Source: Eledone cirrhosa (Eukaryota). Taken from it: a stretch of 64,000 bases of DNA. The stretch's first letter is position 1. Each line of letters begins with the position of its first letter. The notes below the pieces were generated by a model. It was not told where the DNA came from. It saw only the letters and a list, made by a program, of their open reading frames with translations, and made no database searches. Of the stretch, positions 1 to 11,896 are shown piece by piece. Where the stretch lies: the NCBI GenBank assembly GCA_964016885.1, contig OZ024757.1, positions 22,382,001 through 22,446,000 on the forward strand, given 5' to 3'. Made by a program: the position numbers and the translations under genes.

Positions 1-31
1 ACACAGAGCTGGCAAATCTAAGAACTGACTA

Positions 32-87
32 ACTGCCTGATGAGGCCATAGCCACTCAATGGCTATCATCGAAATATATATAGCAGT
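32..87 (+). ncRNA. Type I minimal hammerhead ribozyme (Penelope pLTR-like)
   Basis: ACTGC-CTGATGA-[stem II with ATAGCCA/TGGCTAT]-GAAA-TATATA-TA-GCAGT. Stem I is ACTGC/GCAGT, the core is intact, stem III is short and palindromic, and AATAAA follows at 89-94. Confidence 0.75.
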
Positions 88-238
88 AAATAAAGGATTA
101 TGAGTTCATGCAATTGACTTATGTTTCGTCACTATATATATATATATATGTAAACACACACACAATATATATATATATATATATATATAACAAAATTTAA
201 TATAGAAATGGCTTCTACAGGACTAGAATTGTTTCATT

Positions 239-338
<100 letters not shown>

Positions 339-349
339 ATATTCATGTA

Positions 350-590
350 GGTGTCACGACAATAACACACAGTCCACGCTGTAATGTGGCCGTGTAGGTA
401 ACACGGTAAAAAACTCCCAGTCCACACTGTTAATGTGGTTGGTGTTAGGGAGGGCATCCATCTGTAGAAAACCTGTCAGACAGTCCTTTACAAGCGAGAT
501 ATGGTTTCCCGACCAATCTTGCCTCAAGTGGGACAATTCCCGTCTAAACCCAATCTAGCGTGGAAGATAGACGTTAAACGATGATGATAA

Positions 591-594
<4 letters not shown>
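350..594 (+). mobile_element. Headless SINE / RTE-derived non-autonomous element
   Basis: About two copies of the 48-bp internal unit, then a GTTAGGGAGGGCATCC block, then tail CTAGCGTGGAAGATAGACGTTAAACGATGATG. Confidence 0.7.
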
Positions 595-631
<37 letters not shown>

Positions 632-889
632 CAAATATATATGTAAGAAGGAATAATAATATGCATTTATGTAGACTAATTCATGTTAGTGCAGAATAGA
701 TATACAAAACAACAAATGAAAGAGGCAGCTTACTGGTTAATTGTACTCAACATGCTCTGTGGAGATGTGTAACAATTACCTAACAATAATGAAACACATG
801 TAAGAGACTATATTGTGCAATAAATCTTTCTTTGATTTTCAATGGATTTTCTCCATTTTTTTTTCTTGTATCCTATTCACTTTACATAT

Positions 890-1130
890 GTTTGCAAAGA
901 GTTAACAGAAACATCAAACATGACACAATATAGTGAAGAAATATATTAGAAATAAAGTGTCTTAATGTTTTGGATGTTAGTCCTTCATCAAAAAATATGA
1001 GAAATTAAAAAAGAAATAGTAAAATAAAGGAGAGTGAGCAGTGGCAGAAACGAACAAACATATCTGAGAAAAAAACCCGTGTATTCAGTTGCCATCTTTT
1101 AGAAATATATACATGACATAGAAACATATA
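890..1130 (-). mobile_element. Degenerate HHR-bearing element, homologous to 3580-3825
   Basis: Shares GCAAA..AACAGAAAC, CTTAA..TTT.GGA..GTCCTTCATCA and GTATTCAGT.GCCAT blocks with 3580-3825. Confidence 0.55.
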
Positions 1131-1576
1131 TTTGTCCAAATGCACCAGTTAACAATCTACTTATTTATATGCCTGGAGTCATCTTAAACTGAATTCGGCT
1201 GAATATCAGTAAAATAATTTCTGTTCTTCTCAGCCTTTCTGTTCCCATACAAGGGTCTGCTAAAGAGATGTAGGTCTATATGTTAGATCTCTCAATGAAA
1301 ATATATTCTAGCAACATTTTCAGAATCATTTATTATTCATAGCTCCAAGCATTCACTAAATCTGAACTTACTGATGTATTTATGGTAGGTTATTTATGAA
1401 GCAAAAAGAAGATATTCAAATTCATAAAAACTTCAATTTAATATTTACACAATATTATATATAGCTCATGGGTGTATATGCCTCACTTATTATAAATTGT
1501 ATTATTTGTCCGCTGGCTGAAAAAGATTATGGTTGTGTTTTATATATAAATATTATATATATATATACATATATAC

Positions 1577-1670
<94 letters not shown>

Positions 1671-1672
<2 letters not shown>

Positions 1673-1997
1673 AGGCACATGGCTTAGTGGTTAGAGCATT
1701 GGCCTTGCAATCGAAAGGTTGTGAGTTCAATTCTCAGACCAGGTGATGTGTTGTTTCCTTGAGCAAGACACTTTATTTCACATTGCTCCAGCTGTAAAAA
1801 TGAGATGATAGGGAATGGGTTCCTTATCATTCCACTGCAAAGTGGTCGTGGAGGTGCCACGGCAAAAAAGCACCCAGCACTCACTGTAAATGAGGTTGGT
1901 GTTAGGAAGGGCATCCAGCTGTAGAAATCAAGCCAGAATCAGTTCCCGTCCCACCCTTGAAAGCAGGGTAAAGCAGACGTAAAATAATGATGATGAT
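1671..1997 (+). mobile_element. tRNA-derived CORE-like SINE with RTE tail (family A), full length
   Basis: A box TGGCTTAGTGG, B box GAGTTCAATTC, CORE-like TTGTTTCCTTGAGCAAGACACTT, AGGAAGGGCATCCAGCTGTAGAAA block, then RTE-type 3' end and (ATG)n. Confidence 0.9.
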
Positions 1998-2025
1998 GTA
2001 TGTGTGTATGTGTGTATGTGTGTGT

Positions 2026-2058
<33 letters not shown>

Positions 2059-2061
<3 letters not shown>

Positions 2062-2252
2062 CCCAGGTTCAATCAGGGGTAATTACAGTAAGTAAGGTAC
2101 TCAATACATTAGTAGAATGTATACAACTTTAATATATAAATGGCTTCTACCTTGAACCATTTCATTCGAAGGAAACATCAGTTTTCCAAAAGGTTTCCTT
2201 CGAATGAAACAGTTCTAGTCCTGTAGAAGCCATTTCTATATTAAATTTGTTA
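2059..2252. mobile_element. Inverted-arm HHR/pLTR-like fragment
   Basis: Inverted arms at ~2138-2176 and ~2193-2236 carry the GAAACAG-ttctagtc-CTGTA half of an HHR. Conserved GTACTCAATAC motif at 2097. Confidence 0.6.
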
Positions 2253-2274
2253 TATATATATATATATATATACG

Positions 2275-2443
2275 TTATTCCAGGTTGAATCGGAGGTAAC
2301 CACAGTAAGTAAGGTACTCAATACATTGCAGAGTATAAAAGTTTTAATATAGATGAGATTCTAAAGGACTAGAACTGTTTCATTCTTTAGAAATCATCAA
2401 TGATTTCTAAAGAATGAAACAGTTCTAGTCCTGTAGAATCTCA

Positions 2444-2449
<6 letters not shown>
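2275..2449. mobile_element. Inverted-arm HHR/pLTR-like fragment (second copy)
   Basis: Near-perfect ~50-bp arms at ~2347-2397 and 2401-2449. GTACTCAATACATTGCAGAGT at 2314. Flanked by (TA)n. Confidence 0.6.
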
Positions 2450-2484
<35 letters not shown>

Positions 2485-2486
2485 CA

Positions 2487-2730
2487 ATGATGCGCATGGA
2501 GGATGACCGATCGGTGAAGAAGTACCAGGAAGTCCCAGTGGAGGGAAGACGCAGTAGAGGTAGACCACAAAAAACATGGGTGGAGGTGGTGAGAGCAGAC
2601 CTCAGATCGCTGAAACTCACGGAGCAGATGACAAAGGGCCGTGACGAGTGGAGAGATGCTGTGCTGAATAGGACCCATCCAACCCTTGCAAGCAGGGATA
2701 AGTGGACGTAAAATGATGATGATGATGATG
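2487..2730 (+). mobile_element. RTE-clade LINE 3' fragment
   Basis: Encodes VEGRRSRGRPQKTWVEVVRADL...DRDEWR-like RTE C-terminus followed by an (ATG)n tail; closely similar to 61560-61800. Confidence 0.9.
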
Positions 2731-2995
2731 GGCAGTGAAGTGCAGAGTGTCAGAGAAAATGCTTTGCAGCATTTAGTTACGGCCTTTTACTTTCTGAGTT
2801 CAGATCCCATTGAAATCAACTTTGCTTTCAATCCATTCAGGGTCCATAAAGCAAAGAAGTCACATACTGTGGTTGATATAATCGAATTTCCTCTCTCCAC
2901 AAATTGTTAGCCATGCAACTAAATAAGAAATCCTTATATAAACCATATTTATCTATCTACCTATATCATCATCATTTAACATCCACTTTCTCTCC

Positions 2996-3526
<531 letters not shown>

Positions 3527-3671
3527 TGTATGAACATATGAATCATCTCTCTCTGTCTTGCATATATCTATATATATATATATGCAAAAAGTAAACAGAA
3601 ACAACAAAGTAAACAACACAGTAGACTAAAGAAATACGCTAGTTTAATGCTTGATATAGTTCAAACAGAGA

Positions 3672-3705
3672 CTTAACATTTCGGACACTTGTCCTTCATC
3701 AGAAG
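3672..3705 (-). ncRNA. Minimal hammerhead ribozyme motif
   Basis: Minus strand reads CTT-CTGATGA-A-GGAC-aagt-GTCC-GAAA-TGT-TA-AG. Core and stem II are intact; stems I and III are weak. Confidence 0.55.
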
Positions 3706-3826
3706 ATAGAATGAGAAATAACAGATGAAAGAGAAATAAAGTGTGAGAAGATGAAGGAACGGAAAAGTAAATTTTTTGAGAAAACACGAGTATTCAGTCA
3801 GCCATTTTGTAGAAAAAACAATATAC

Positions 3827-3871
<45 letters not shown>

Positions 3872-4218
3872 ATCATCATCATTTTATGAGAACATTCCCT
3901 GATGATTATGGATAAGGTGGGTAATCATAATTCTAGGGAAGATATGATCAAATGACATCTTGCACATAAATTCAATATTTTGGCATGATTTCTACAGCTT
4001 GGTTGCTCTTCATAATGTCAGCCACTTTAAAGAGTGCACACGGTGCATTTTAACATGGCAACAGCACTAGAGGAGTTGTTATATGCTCAGCAATATATAC
4101 ATATATCGTCATGAAGGTTACCATAACTCTTTAACATAAGTTTTTCATGCTAGCACAGGTTAGACAGCTATCATTTATATATATATATATGTGTGTGTGT
4201 GTATGTATGTATATTTCA

Positions 4219-4251
<33 letters not shown>

Positions 4252-4537
4252 CATGTATATTTCAATACACACATACATATATATACATAACTACATATCA
4301 TGGTAACTACTTGCACATACAAGCACACAAATATGTCCCACCCTTGCAAAGCAGGGAAAAGCAGATTCAAAATGATGATGATGATGATGATAATATAAAT
4401 ATATATATATACATTGATATATACCTGAGTATGCATTAATATAGATATCTGCTCCTTAAAATAACCCACCACTACTACTACCATCACCAATCACTATCAT
4501 ACTTATAAGTAGCAACCACTCTCTATGCCACTTGGCA

Positions 4538-4582
4538 TTCCTGATGATGTCATATGAATGAAACAGTTCTAGTACTGTAAAA
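4538..4582 (+). ncRNA. Hammerhead ribozyme motif (family of 2059-2449 and 46720-46910)
   Basis: TTC-CTGATGA-tgtcatatgaat-GAAACAG-ttctagta-CTGTA. Sister copies read GAA after the GUA site, which pairs with TTC. Confidence 0.55.
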
Positions 4583-4597
4583 GCCATTTCTATATTA

Positions 4598-4940
4598 AAT
4601 AATTGTTTCTACTTTTGGCACAAGGCCAGCAATTACCCAGTACATTACTGGTACTTTAATATTAAATAATTGTTTCTACTTTAAGCACAAGGCCAGCAAT
4701 TAACCAGTACATTACTGGTACTTTATTTTATCGACCCCGTAAGGATGAAAGGCAAAGTTAACCTCGGCGGGATTTGAACTCAGACTGTAAAGGGACGTAA
4801 CTATGCTAGAAAGCATGGCGTCCAACCCTCTATAATATTAAATAATTGTTTCTACTTTTGGCACAAGGCCAGCAATTATTCCAGTGCATTACTGGTACTT
4901 TATTTTATCGACCCCGTAAGGATGAAAGGCAAAGTTAACC
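4598..4940 (-). mobile_element. Three partial tandem Meta-domain SINE copies
   Basis: Repeated TAATTGTTTCTACTTT.GCACAAGGCCAGCAATT and TTTTATCGACCCCGTAAGGATGAAAGGCAAAGTT. Confidence 0.8.
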
Positions 4941-5029
4941 TATAATCTAAAATATTAAATAATGATGTACATACATACATATATATATATATATGTATAT
5001 ATATGTATATATATATATATATATATACA

Positions 5030-5640
5030 TGTGTCAGGTCACCAGTTGGTGCTACTGGTAACATGTATCCTAGTACAACCTGTCTCATGGTCGGGTCATT
5101 GGTGACTAAACTGGCAACCCCACCAAGGTTTCTTGGTGAGGAGGGTGACTTTGGACATCCTCCAGGACTAAAAACAAAACCTGTTAAAGAGCAAAGGAGC
5201 TCTTAAGAGTCAATGGCCATCCAAAATCACCGGGAGAGATGACCCCTTAGCCTTTGTCAAGGCAGAATTCTAGGAGAAGGAAAACTCTGATATAACACCA
5301 GCAACTCTGATTGTATCCAATGATGTTGACTTGTTCTTCTTTTTGGTAAATATCATCTTGGTTAAGAGAGTGGGACTGGCTTTGTGCAGTGCCTTTGCTC
5401 ACTATAAAAGCTTCATGGCACAGGCATTGCTTTATATCTGGAGATCTCTCTGCACTTGTCGTCACATGGTACCATGAGCCCAGCATTATGTGTCAATAAT
5501 TGTCACAAGTGTAGTGTTTGTACCAGAGTTTTCAAGTCGCTGGCTGGACTAAAAAGTCACACTTGTTCAGCGCATCGGTAGGGGTTCTCCTACATGGATA
5601 TAAAGTAGTGGCCGTACTCGAAAACGAGTTGGCAGCCACC
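5030..5640 (+). mobile_element. Internally deleted RTE derivative (5'UTR joined to 3' end)
   Basis: 5'UTR-type motif CTAGGAGAAGGAAAACTCTGAT at ~5270. Bases 5502-5582 translate [26 protein letters not shown], a C2H2-like C-terminus. Ends GGCAGCCACC then (TA)n. Reverse homolog at 63730-64000. Confidence 0.6.
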
Positions 5641-5777
5641 ATATATATATATACATATATGTATGTATATATGTATATATATATAAGTATATATATATGT
5701 ATGTGTATATATATATATGTATATATATATGTATGTGTATATATATATATGTATATATATATATGTATATATATATG

Positions 5778-5830
<53 letters not shown>

Positions 5831-5832
<2 letters not shown>

Positions 5833-6770
5833 TTAGAAACACACAGATACATGCGGACACACACATATATACATGAATGCATCCGCACCCAACTGTGAGT
5901 TAAGGGTGCCAACTTCACCGATGTTGCTCAATGAATGACTGGGACAGACCAATTCAGTTTGAACCAGACTGAACCAGTATCAGAGTTAAAAATACATTAT
6001 GAAGAGAGAAGAAACATTTAGATATAATTAGTAATAAAATGTATCATACCTAAACTGCTCCTAAATTCCTCGACTACGTAGTTTCGTGGCATAAACAAAA
6101 ACAATATATCAAAGATATAGAGTCCTTGCGAGGTCTGCCGACTTATCAAGAGGATACCTCATTTTACTAGTCTCAAGAACGCGTCTACACGACGTGAGAA
6201 AGAATCCCAAAAGGCGGAGGGGGAGACGGTCACGCGATATAACGGTCGAGAAACAGAGCTAAGCCTCTTATAACCACGAAGAAAATACCACGGAGGCGGA
6301 GGGGGCATTCATATCGAGGCCGTAGAAGAGGTAGTGAAGAAGGCGAGAAGTATGAGTAATGGAAGCTTTCCAGTTGTCCCCACACTTCAAAGATTGCTCG
6401 ACCAGAGGGAGTTATTAATATATTTAGAAACACACAGATACATGCGGACACACACATATATACATGAATGCATCCGCACCCAACTGTGAGTTAAGGGTGC
6501 CAACTTCACCGATGTTGCTCAATGAATGACTGGGACAGACCAATTCAGTTTGAACCAGACTGAACCAGTATCAGAGTTAAAAATACATTATGAAGAGAGA
6601 AGAAACATTTAGATATAATTAGTAATAAAATGTATCATACCTAAACTGCTCCTAAATTCCTGGTTTTTGTTTATGCCACAAAACTACGTAGTCGAGGAAT
6701 TTAGGAGCAGTTTAGGTATGATACATTTTATTACTAATTATATCTAAATGTTTCTTCTCTCTTCATAATG
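5831..6770 (-). mobile_element. HHR-bearing element with partial tandem and inverted end (Penelope pLTR/retrozyme-like)
   Basis: 5831-6070 is repeated at 6422-6661 (period 591). About 6662-6770 is the reverse complement of ~5993-6101. (TA)n on both sides. Confidence 0.7.
6067..6154 (-). ncRNA. Hammerhead ribozyme, U3-A8 core variant
   Basis: Minus strand reads TCCTC-TTGATAA-GTcGGCA...TGCCAC-GAAA-CTACGTAG-TC-GAGGA. Confidence 0.65.
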
Positions 6771-6788
6771 TATATATATGTATGTATA

Positions 6789-6880
<92 letters not shown>

Positions 6881-6925
6881 ATTAATACCTGAGAATCATG
6901 CAGAGCATAGCAATGTGTATGTGTG

Positions 6926-6971
<46 letters not shown>

Positions 6972-6974
<3 letters not shown>

Positions 6975-7157
6975 GGTGTTCCCCCAAAATGTATACACAT
7001 TTAAATAACATTCTAATACACATGTGTATACATTTGTTGAGGACACCCTGTGTATATATATATATATATATATATACACAGGGTGTTCCCCCAAAATGTA
7101 TACACATTTAAATAACATTCTAATACACATGTGTATACATTTGTTGAGGACACCCTG
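6972..7157. mobile_element. Two identical 79-bp Tc1/mariner-like MITEs (6972-7050, 7079-7157)
   Basis: Termini CAGGGTGT...ACACCCTG, embedded in and separated by (TA)n. Confidence 0.7.
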
Positions 7158-7339
7158 TGTATATATATATATATATATATATAACAAAGAAGGTGTGGTA
7201 AGATAACAGGTGGACCATAACACACCAGAGTACTCGATACTTAGGGTAGTAGAGTGGGTAATAGGAAGATACCCCGCCGGCTGAGCTCTGGCTGTCTCGA
7301 CAGCTAGATCTGAACTCGGATCTAGCTGTCGAAATGGCT

Positions 7340-7797
7340 GGAGCCCAGTGGGGAGAGGGGGAGACCCAAGAAGACCTGGGATGAGGTGATAAAAGCCGAC
7401 CATACCCAATTACACCTCTCAAAGGCGATGACACACGACCGTGACCTCTGGCGTCACGCAGTAATACAGAGTTCCTGACCTCCCACGGGTACAAGCTGAA
7501 GCATATAGACAATATGCCGCCACACCCTCCCACTGCAAAGTGGTCTTGGAGGTGCCACGGCAAAAAAGCACCCAGCCCACACTGTAAAGTGGACGTGTAG
7601 GCGCCACGGAAAAAAGCACCCAGCACTCACTGTAGATGAGGTTGGTGTTAGGAAGGGCATCCAGCTGTAGAAATCAAGCCAAAATCAGTTGGTCAGCCGA
7701 CCAGACACTGCCCACAACAGGACAACCCGTCTAACCCATGCTAGCATGGAAGAACGGACGTAAAACGGTGATGATCATGATGATGTTGATGATGATA
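7340..7797 (+). mobile_element. RTE 3' fragment followed by headless SINE
   Basis: RGRPKKTWDEVIKAD...DRDLWRHAV peptide, then 48-bp units, AGGAAGGGCATCC block and an ATG-repeat tail. Confidence 0.7.
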
Positions 7798-8348
7798 CAT
7801 ATATATATAAATACATAGATACAGACAGAAAGTGCACAATAGTCAGAGAGAATGAAGAGAATATTTAAATACTTCTTCAGATACAAAGAAGATGTACCAA
7901 TATTATTCTACCAATTTCCTCTTCATAAGTAATTGGCTTGCACTAAAAAACTATTCCTATAGAATATTGATATATATTGATATCTGAAAGTTATATAGGG
8001 AGGTGTATGTATGTGTGAGTGTATGTGTGGTGAATGTGTATATATGTATGTGTATATATATATATATATATATGTGTGTGCGTGGTGGTGTATGTATATG
8101 TATATATACTGAAACATTCATAGGCAGACAATGACGGATTGATGCTAGAACTGTGAAATCTTGCATGCAGTAATTTCAAGGCTTCTTATTAAAAATTGCA
8201 TAGTATCTGTCCAGGTACTATGTTAAAAAATAAACCTCATTTGGTCACTTCATGAGAGTATCTTGGTCAGCCTATGAACTTTCCAGCCGACCCTCATATA
8301 TGTATGTATGTATATATAGAGAGAAATAGATAGATAGATAGATAGATA

Positions 8349-8590
8349 TGTTTCTTTATTAGCCACAGGGGCACAAAAGAAGGGGACAAATACAGAGGGG
8401 GAAGTTTACATACAATAAAAACGTGTAAAATACTATCAGAAATGCAATTTAAAAGTTAATCGATATTCCCCAATAGGGGGAGACAATTCATATGGGTAAC
8501 ACATACCCCCCAAAAAAATGTGCAACCCTCATCTCCAGGAGTACGAAGAGTTTGTACCCCTTTCCTCTCTTCCTCTTTTTCCTCAACCTA
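8349..8590 (-). mobile_element. Probable non-LTR element 3' end inserted in (GATA)n
   Basis: Minus strand has a pyrimidine-rich 3'UTR-like tract ending AATAAAGAAACA, with (GATA)n on both flanks. Confidence 0.4.
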
Positions 8591-8595
8591 CAGAC

Positions 8596-8669
<74 letters not shown>

Positions 8670-8672
8670 ATA

Positions 8673-9009
8673 GAGGTACATGGCTTAGTGGTTAGAGCAT
8701 TGGCCTTGCAATCGAAAGGTTGTGAGTTCAATTTTCAGACCGGGTGATATGTTGTTTCCTTGAGCAAGACACTTTATTTCACATTGCTCCAGTTTACTCA
8801 GCTGTAGAAATGAGATCATAGGGACTGGGGTCCATATCATTTCACTGTAAAGTGGACGTGTAGGCGCCACGGAAAAAAAGCACCCAGCACTCACTGTAAA
8901 TGAGGTTGATGTTAGGAAGGGCATCCAGCTGTAGAAATCAAGCCAGAATCAGTTCCCGTCCCACCCTTGCAAGCAGGGAAAAGCGGACGTAAAATGAAAT
9001 GAATGATGA
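8673..9009 (+). mobile_element. Family A SINE, full length
   Basis: Near-identical to 1671-1997. Confidence 0.9.
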
Positions 9010-9104
9010 TACAGAGATAGATATCTTTCTAGATATATATTTATGTGTATGTGTGATGATGATGTGTGAAGGTGCATAGCTTAGGGGTTAAAGAACTGAA
9101 GATA

Positions 9105-9247
9105 GCGATCTTGGCTTTTATTACTGAATGCTGAAGCTGGTACATTACTGCACTAGCATTTGCAATTCTTGCACTTAATTCAGCCTACTGACTTCCTTCA
9201 CTCATGAACACGGCCCTGAGATACTTGAACTTCTACACCTGCTTCAC
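9105..9247 (-). pseudogene. RTE reverse transcriptase fragment
   Basis: Minus strand translates KQV*KFKYLRAVFMSEGSQ*AELSARIANASAVM, an FKYLG-type RT motif with stops. Confidence 0.65.
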
Positions 9248-10298
9248 ACATATATGTAAATACATATAAATATATAAGCATATACTGGACCATTGTGATA
9301 ACATATATACACATACATACATACCTAATACATACATACATTCACACATACATACATACATACATTCACACATACAAACCTCATACATACATACATTCAC
9401 ACATACATACATGCATACATACATACCTAATACATACATACATTCACACATACATACATACATACATACATACATACATTCACACACACATACATACATG
9501 CATGCATACATACCTAATACATACATACATTCACACATACATACATACCTAATACATACATACATTCACACATACATACATACCAAATACATACATACAT
9601 TCACACATACATACATGCATACATACATGAATAAATATATACTTAGTTACTTAGACACCTTTTAGAATTTGCAGACAATGTTGTGATATGTGACCTAATT
9701 TGGTACTTTTCTATCAAGACATACTGCATTCTATAAATGCATTATTACACATATATACATATATACATACACACACACATATATATACATGTACGGAGCA
9801 TTTGTTATTTAAATATTTTCTTTTCTTCGTCTTCTATACTAAAAAACAATGAAAAATATTTCAAGAACAGAAGTAAAAAACAAGTAAAAACTTTCTGATG
9901 TAAATACATGGAAAATGTATCTAGTTAAATACATGCATATATATATATAGATATATATACACATGTGTATGCATATATATACATACACATGTATATATAC
10001 ATACACATGCATATATATATATACACATGTATATATATATATATATACACATGTATATATATATACACACATATATATATATACGCATGTGTGTGTGTGT
10101 ATATATATATACATAGTGTATATATGTGTATATATATATATATATGTATATATACATGTATGTGTATAAATGTATGTGTGTGTGTGTGTGTGTATACAAA
10201 TATTTAAAATATTCTTTTTCTTTCTATATATATATATAAATATATACAGAAGCATACATGTACACTCACACACACATATACACATATGTATACATTTG

Positions 10299-10362
<64 letters not shown>

Positions 10363-10744
10363 TGCAAGGATATGTGTGTGTGTATGTGTGTTTCTCTGTA
10401 TATGTGAATGTCTATATACCTGTACACACATATATATATATATATATATATAAATATATATACTATATCAATATACATACATCAATGTATGTATATAAAA
10501 ATATATTTCAGTGAACATTAAGCAAATTGCCAAAATTGATTTCTGTGCTCCATGGAGTAGATCAGAGCTAAGCATTAATGTAGAAAACCTGAGAATTATC
10601 AATATTTAATCAGAAATATCAACTCTACCTCACCATTAACAGTTCAATCAACCCCAATATTGTAACTAGACTCACTCAAATAAAGTCTGTTTGTTGTTGT
10701 TGTTGTTGTTGTTCTTGATGATGATAAAGGAAACAGATTTATTT

Positions 10745-11400
10745 TGGTAGAATTTGTTAGAGTGTTGGACATGCTTTTTAGCATTTAGTTACATCCCTTT
10801 ACCTTCTGAGTTCAAATCGCACCGAAGTCAACTTTGCCTTTCATCTTTCCAAGGTCAACAAAAATAAAATACCAGTAATGCACTGGAGTTAATTTAATCG
10901 ACTTTTCCCCTTCCCCCGGAATTGTTAGCCTGTGCCTATATCAGAAACCATAACTTTGCCTTTCATCCTTACGGGGGTCGATAAAATAAAGTACCAGTAA
11001 TGTACTGGGTACTTGGTGGCCTTGTGCCAAAAGTAGAAACAATAATTATTATTATTAAGAGCAGTAGATTATTATTATTAAGAGCCTATATCGGCAGAGC
11101 ATTGGACAACAGGCTTAGCGGCATAGAGTTAGGGTCCTTTACATTCTGGGTTCAAATCCCACTGAGGTTAACTTTGTCTTTCATCTTTGTGAGGACGCTA
11201 AAATAAAGTACCAGTCACACACTGGAGTTGATTTAATAGACTTTCGCCTCCCCCCCAAAATTGCAGGCCTTGTGCCTATAGAAGAAACCATTCCCGCCGA
11301 GGTTAACTTTGCCTTTCATCCTTACGGGGTCGATAAAATAAAGTACCAGTAATACACTGGGATAATTGCTGGCCTTGTGCCAAAAGTAGAAACAATAATT
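10745..11400 (+). mobile_element. Cluster of Meta-domain SINE copies and fragments
   Basis: Four AACTTTG.CTTTCATC.TT...AAAATAAA.TACCAGT blocks and GAGTTCAAATC B boxes. Confidence 0.8.
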
Positions 11401-11896
11401 AATAGTAGTAATATATTTCTTTGCTAGTTTCAACTGTACTATCTGTAGTACCCCGCTCCTTAAATAGTTAATGGTTTATGAATAAGATGTTCATTTTCCT
11501 TACCTTTGTCTTATTTTTTAGAAGTATTTGGGGTAAGAAGAAGGGTAGGTCTGCTTAGCCCTTTGGATGCAAAACTGCAGGCCTGTTGCCAGGCTTTGAT
11601 CCTTGGTGTTGGAGGTGTGGAGCTAGGGGAAGGGGCTGCCAAATAATTTGAATAGCCACTCTTAAGCATGATAATGTATTTCAAGATGTTTTCTATAAAA
11701 TCTATTTTCTAAATCTCAGGGTACCTTATTGAACCATTAAGGGGCCAGTACTATCATGTGCTTGTCAAACACCCTGAGTCCATCCTTGGTTCAATGGTAC
11801 ATTACTGTTTGTTTTAAAGTTTATATTTTTACCTAAAGACTTTCCACCACAATTTTATGTATGAATCTTTGTTAAGTTATGATCCGAACACCAACT

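Noticed and set aside
1671-1745. tRNA gene
   Set aside because: A and B boxes are present, but the acceptor stem is poor and the sequence continues into a multi-copy SINE body.
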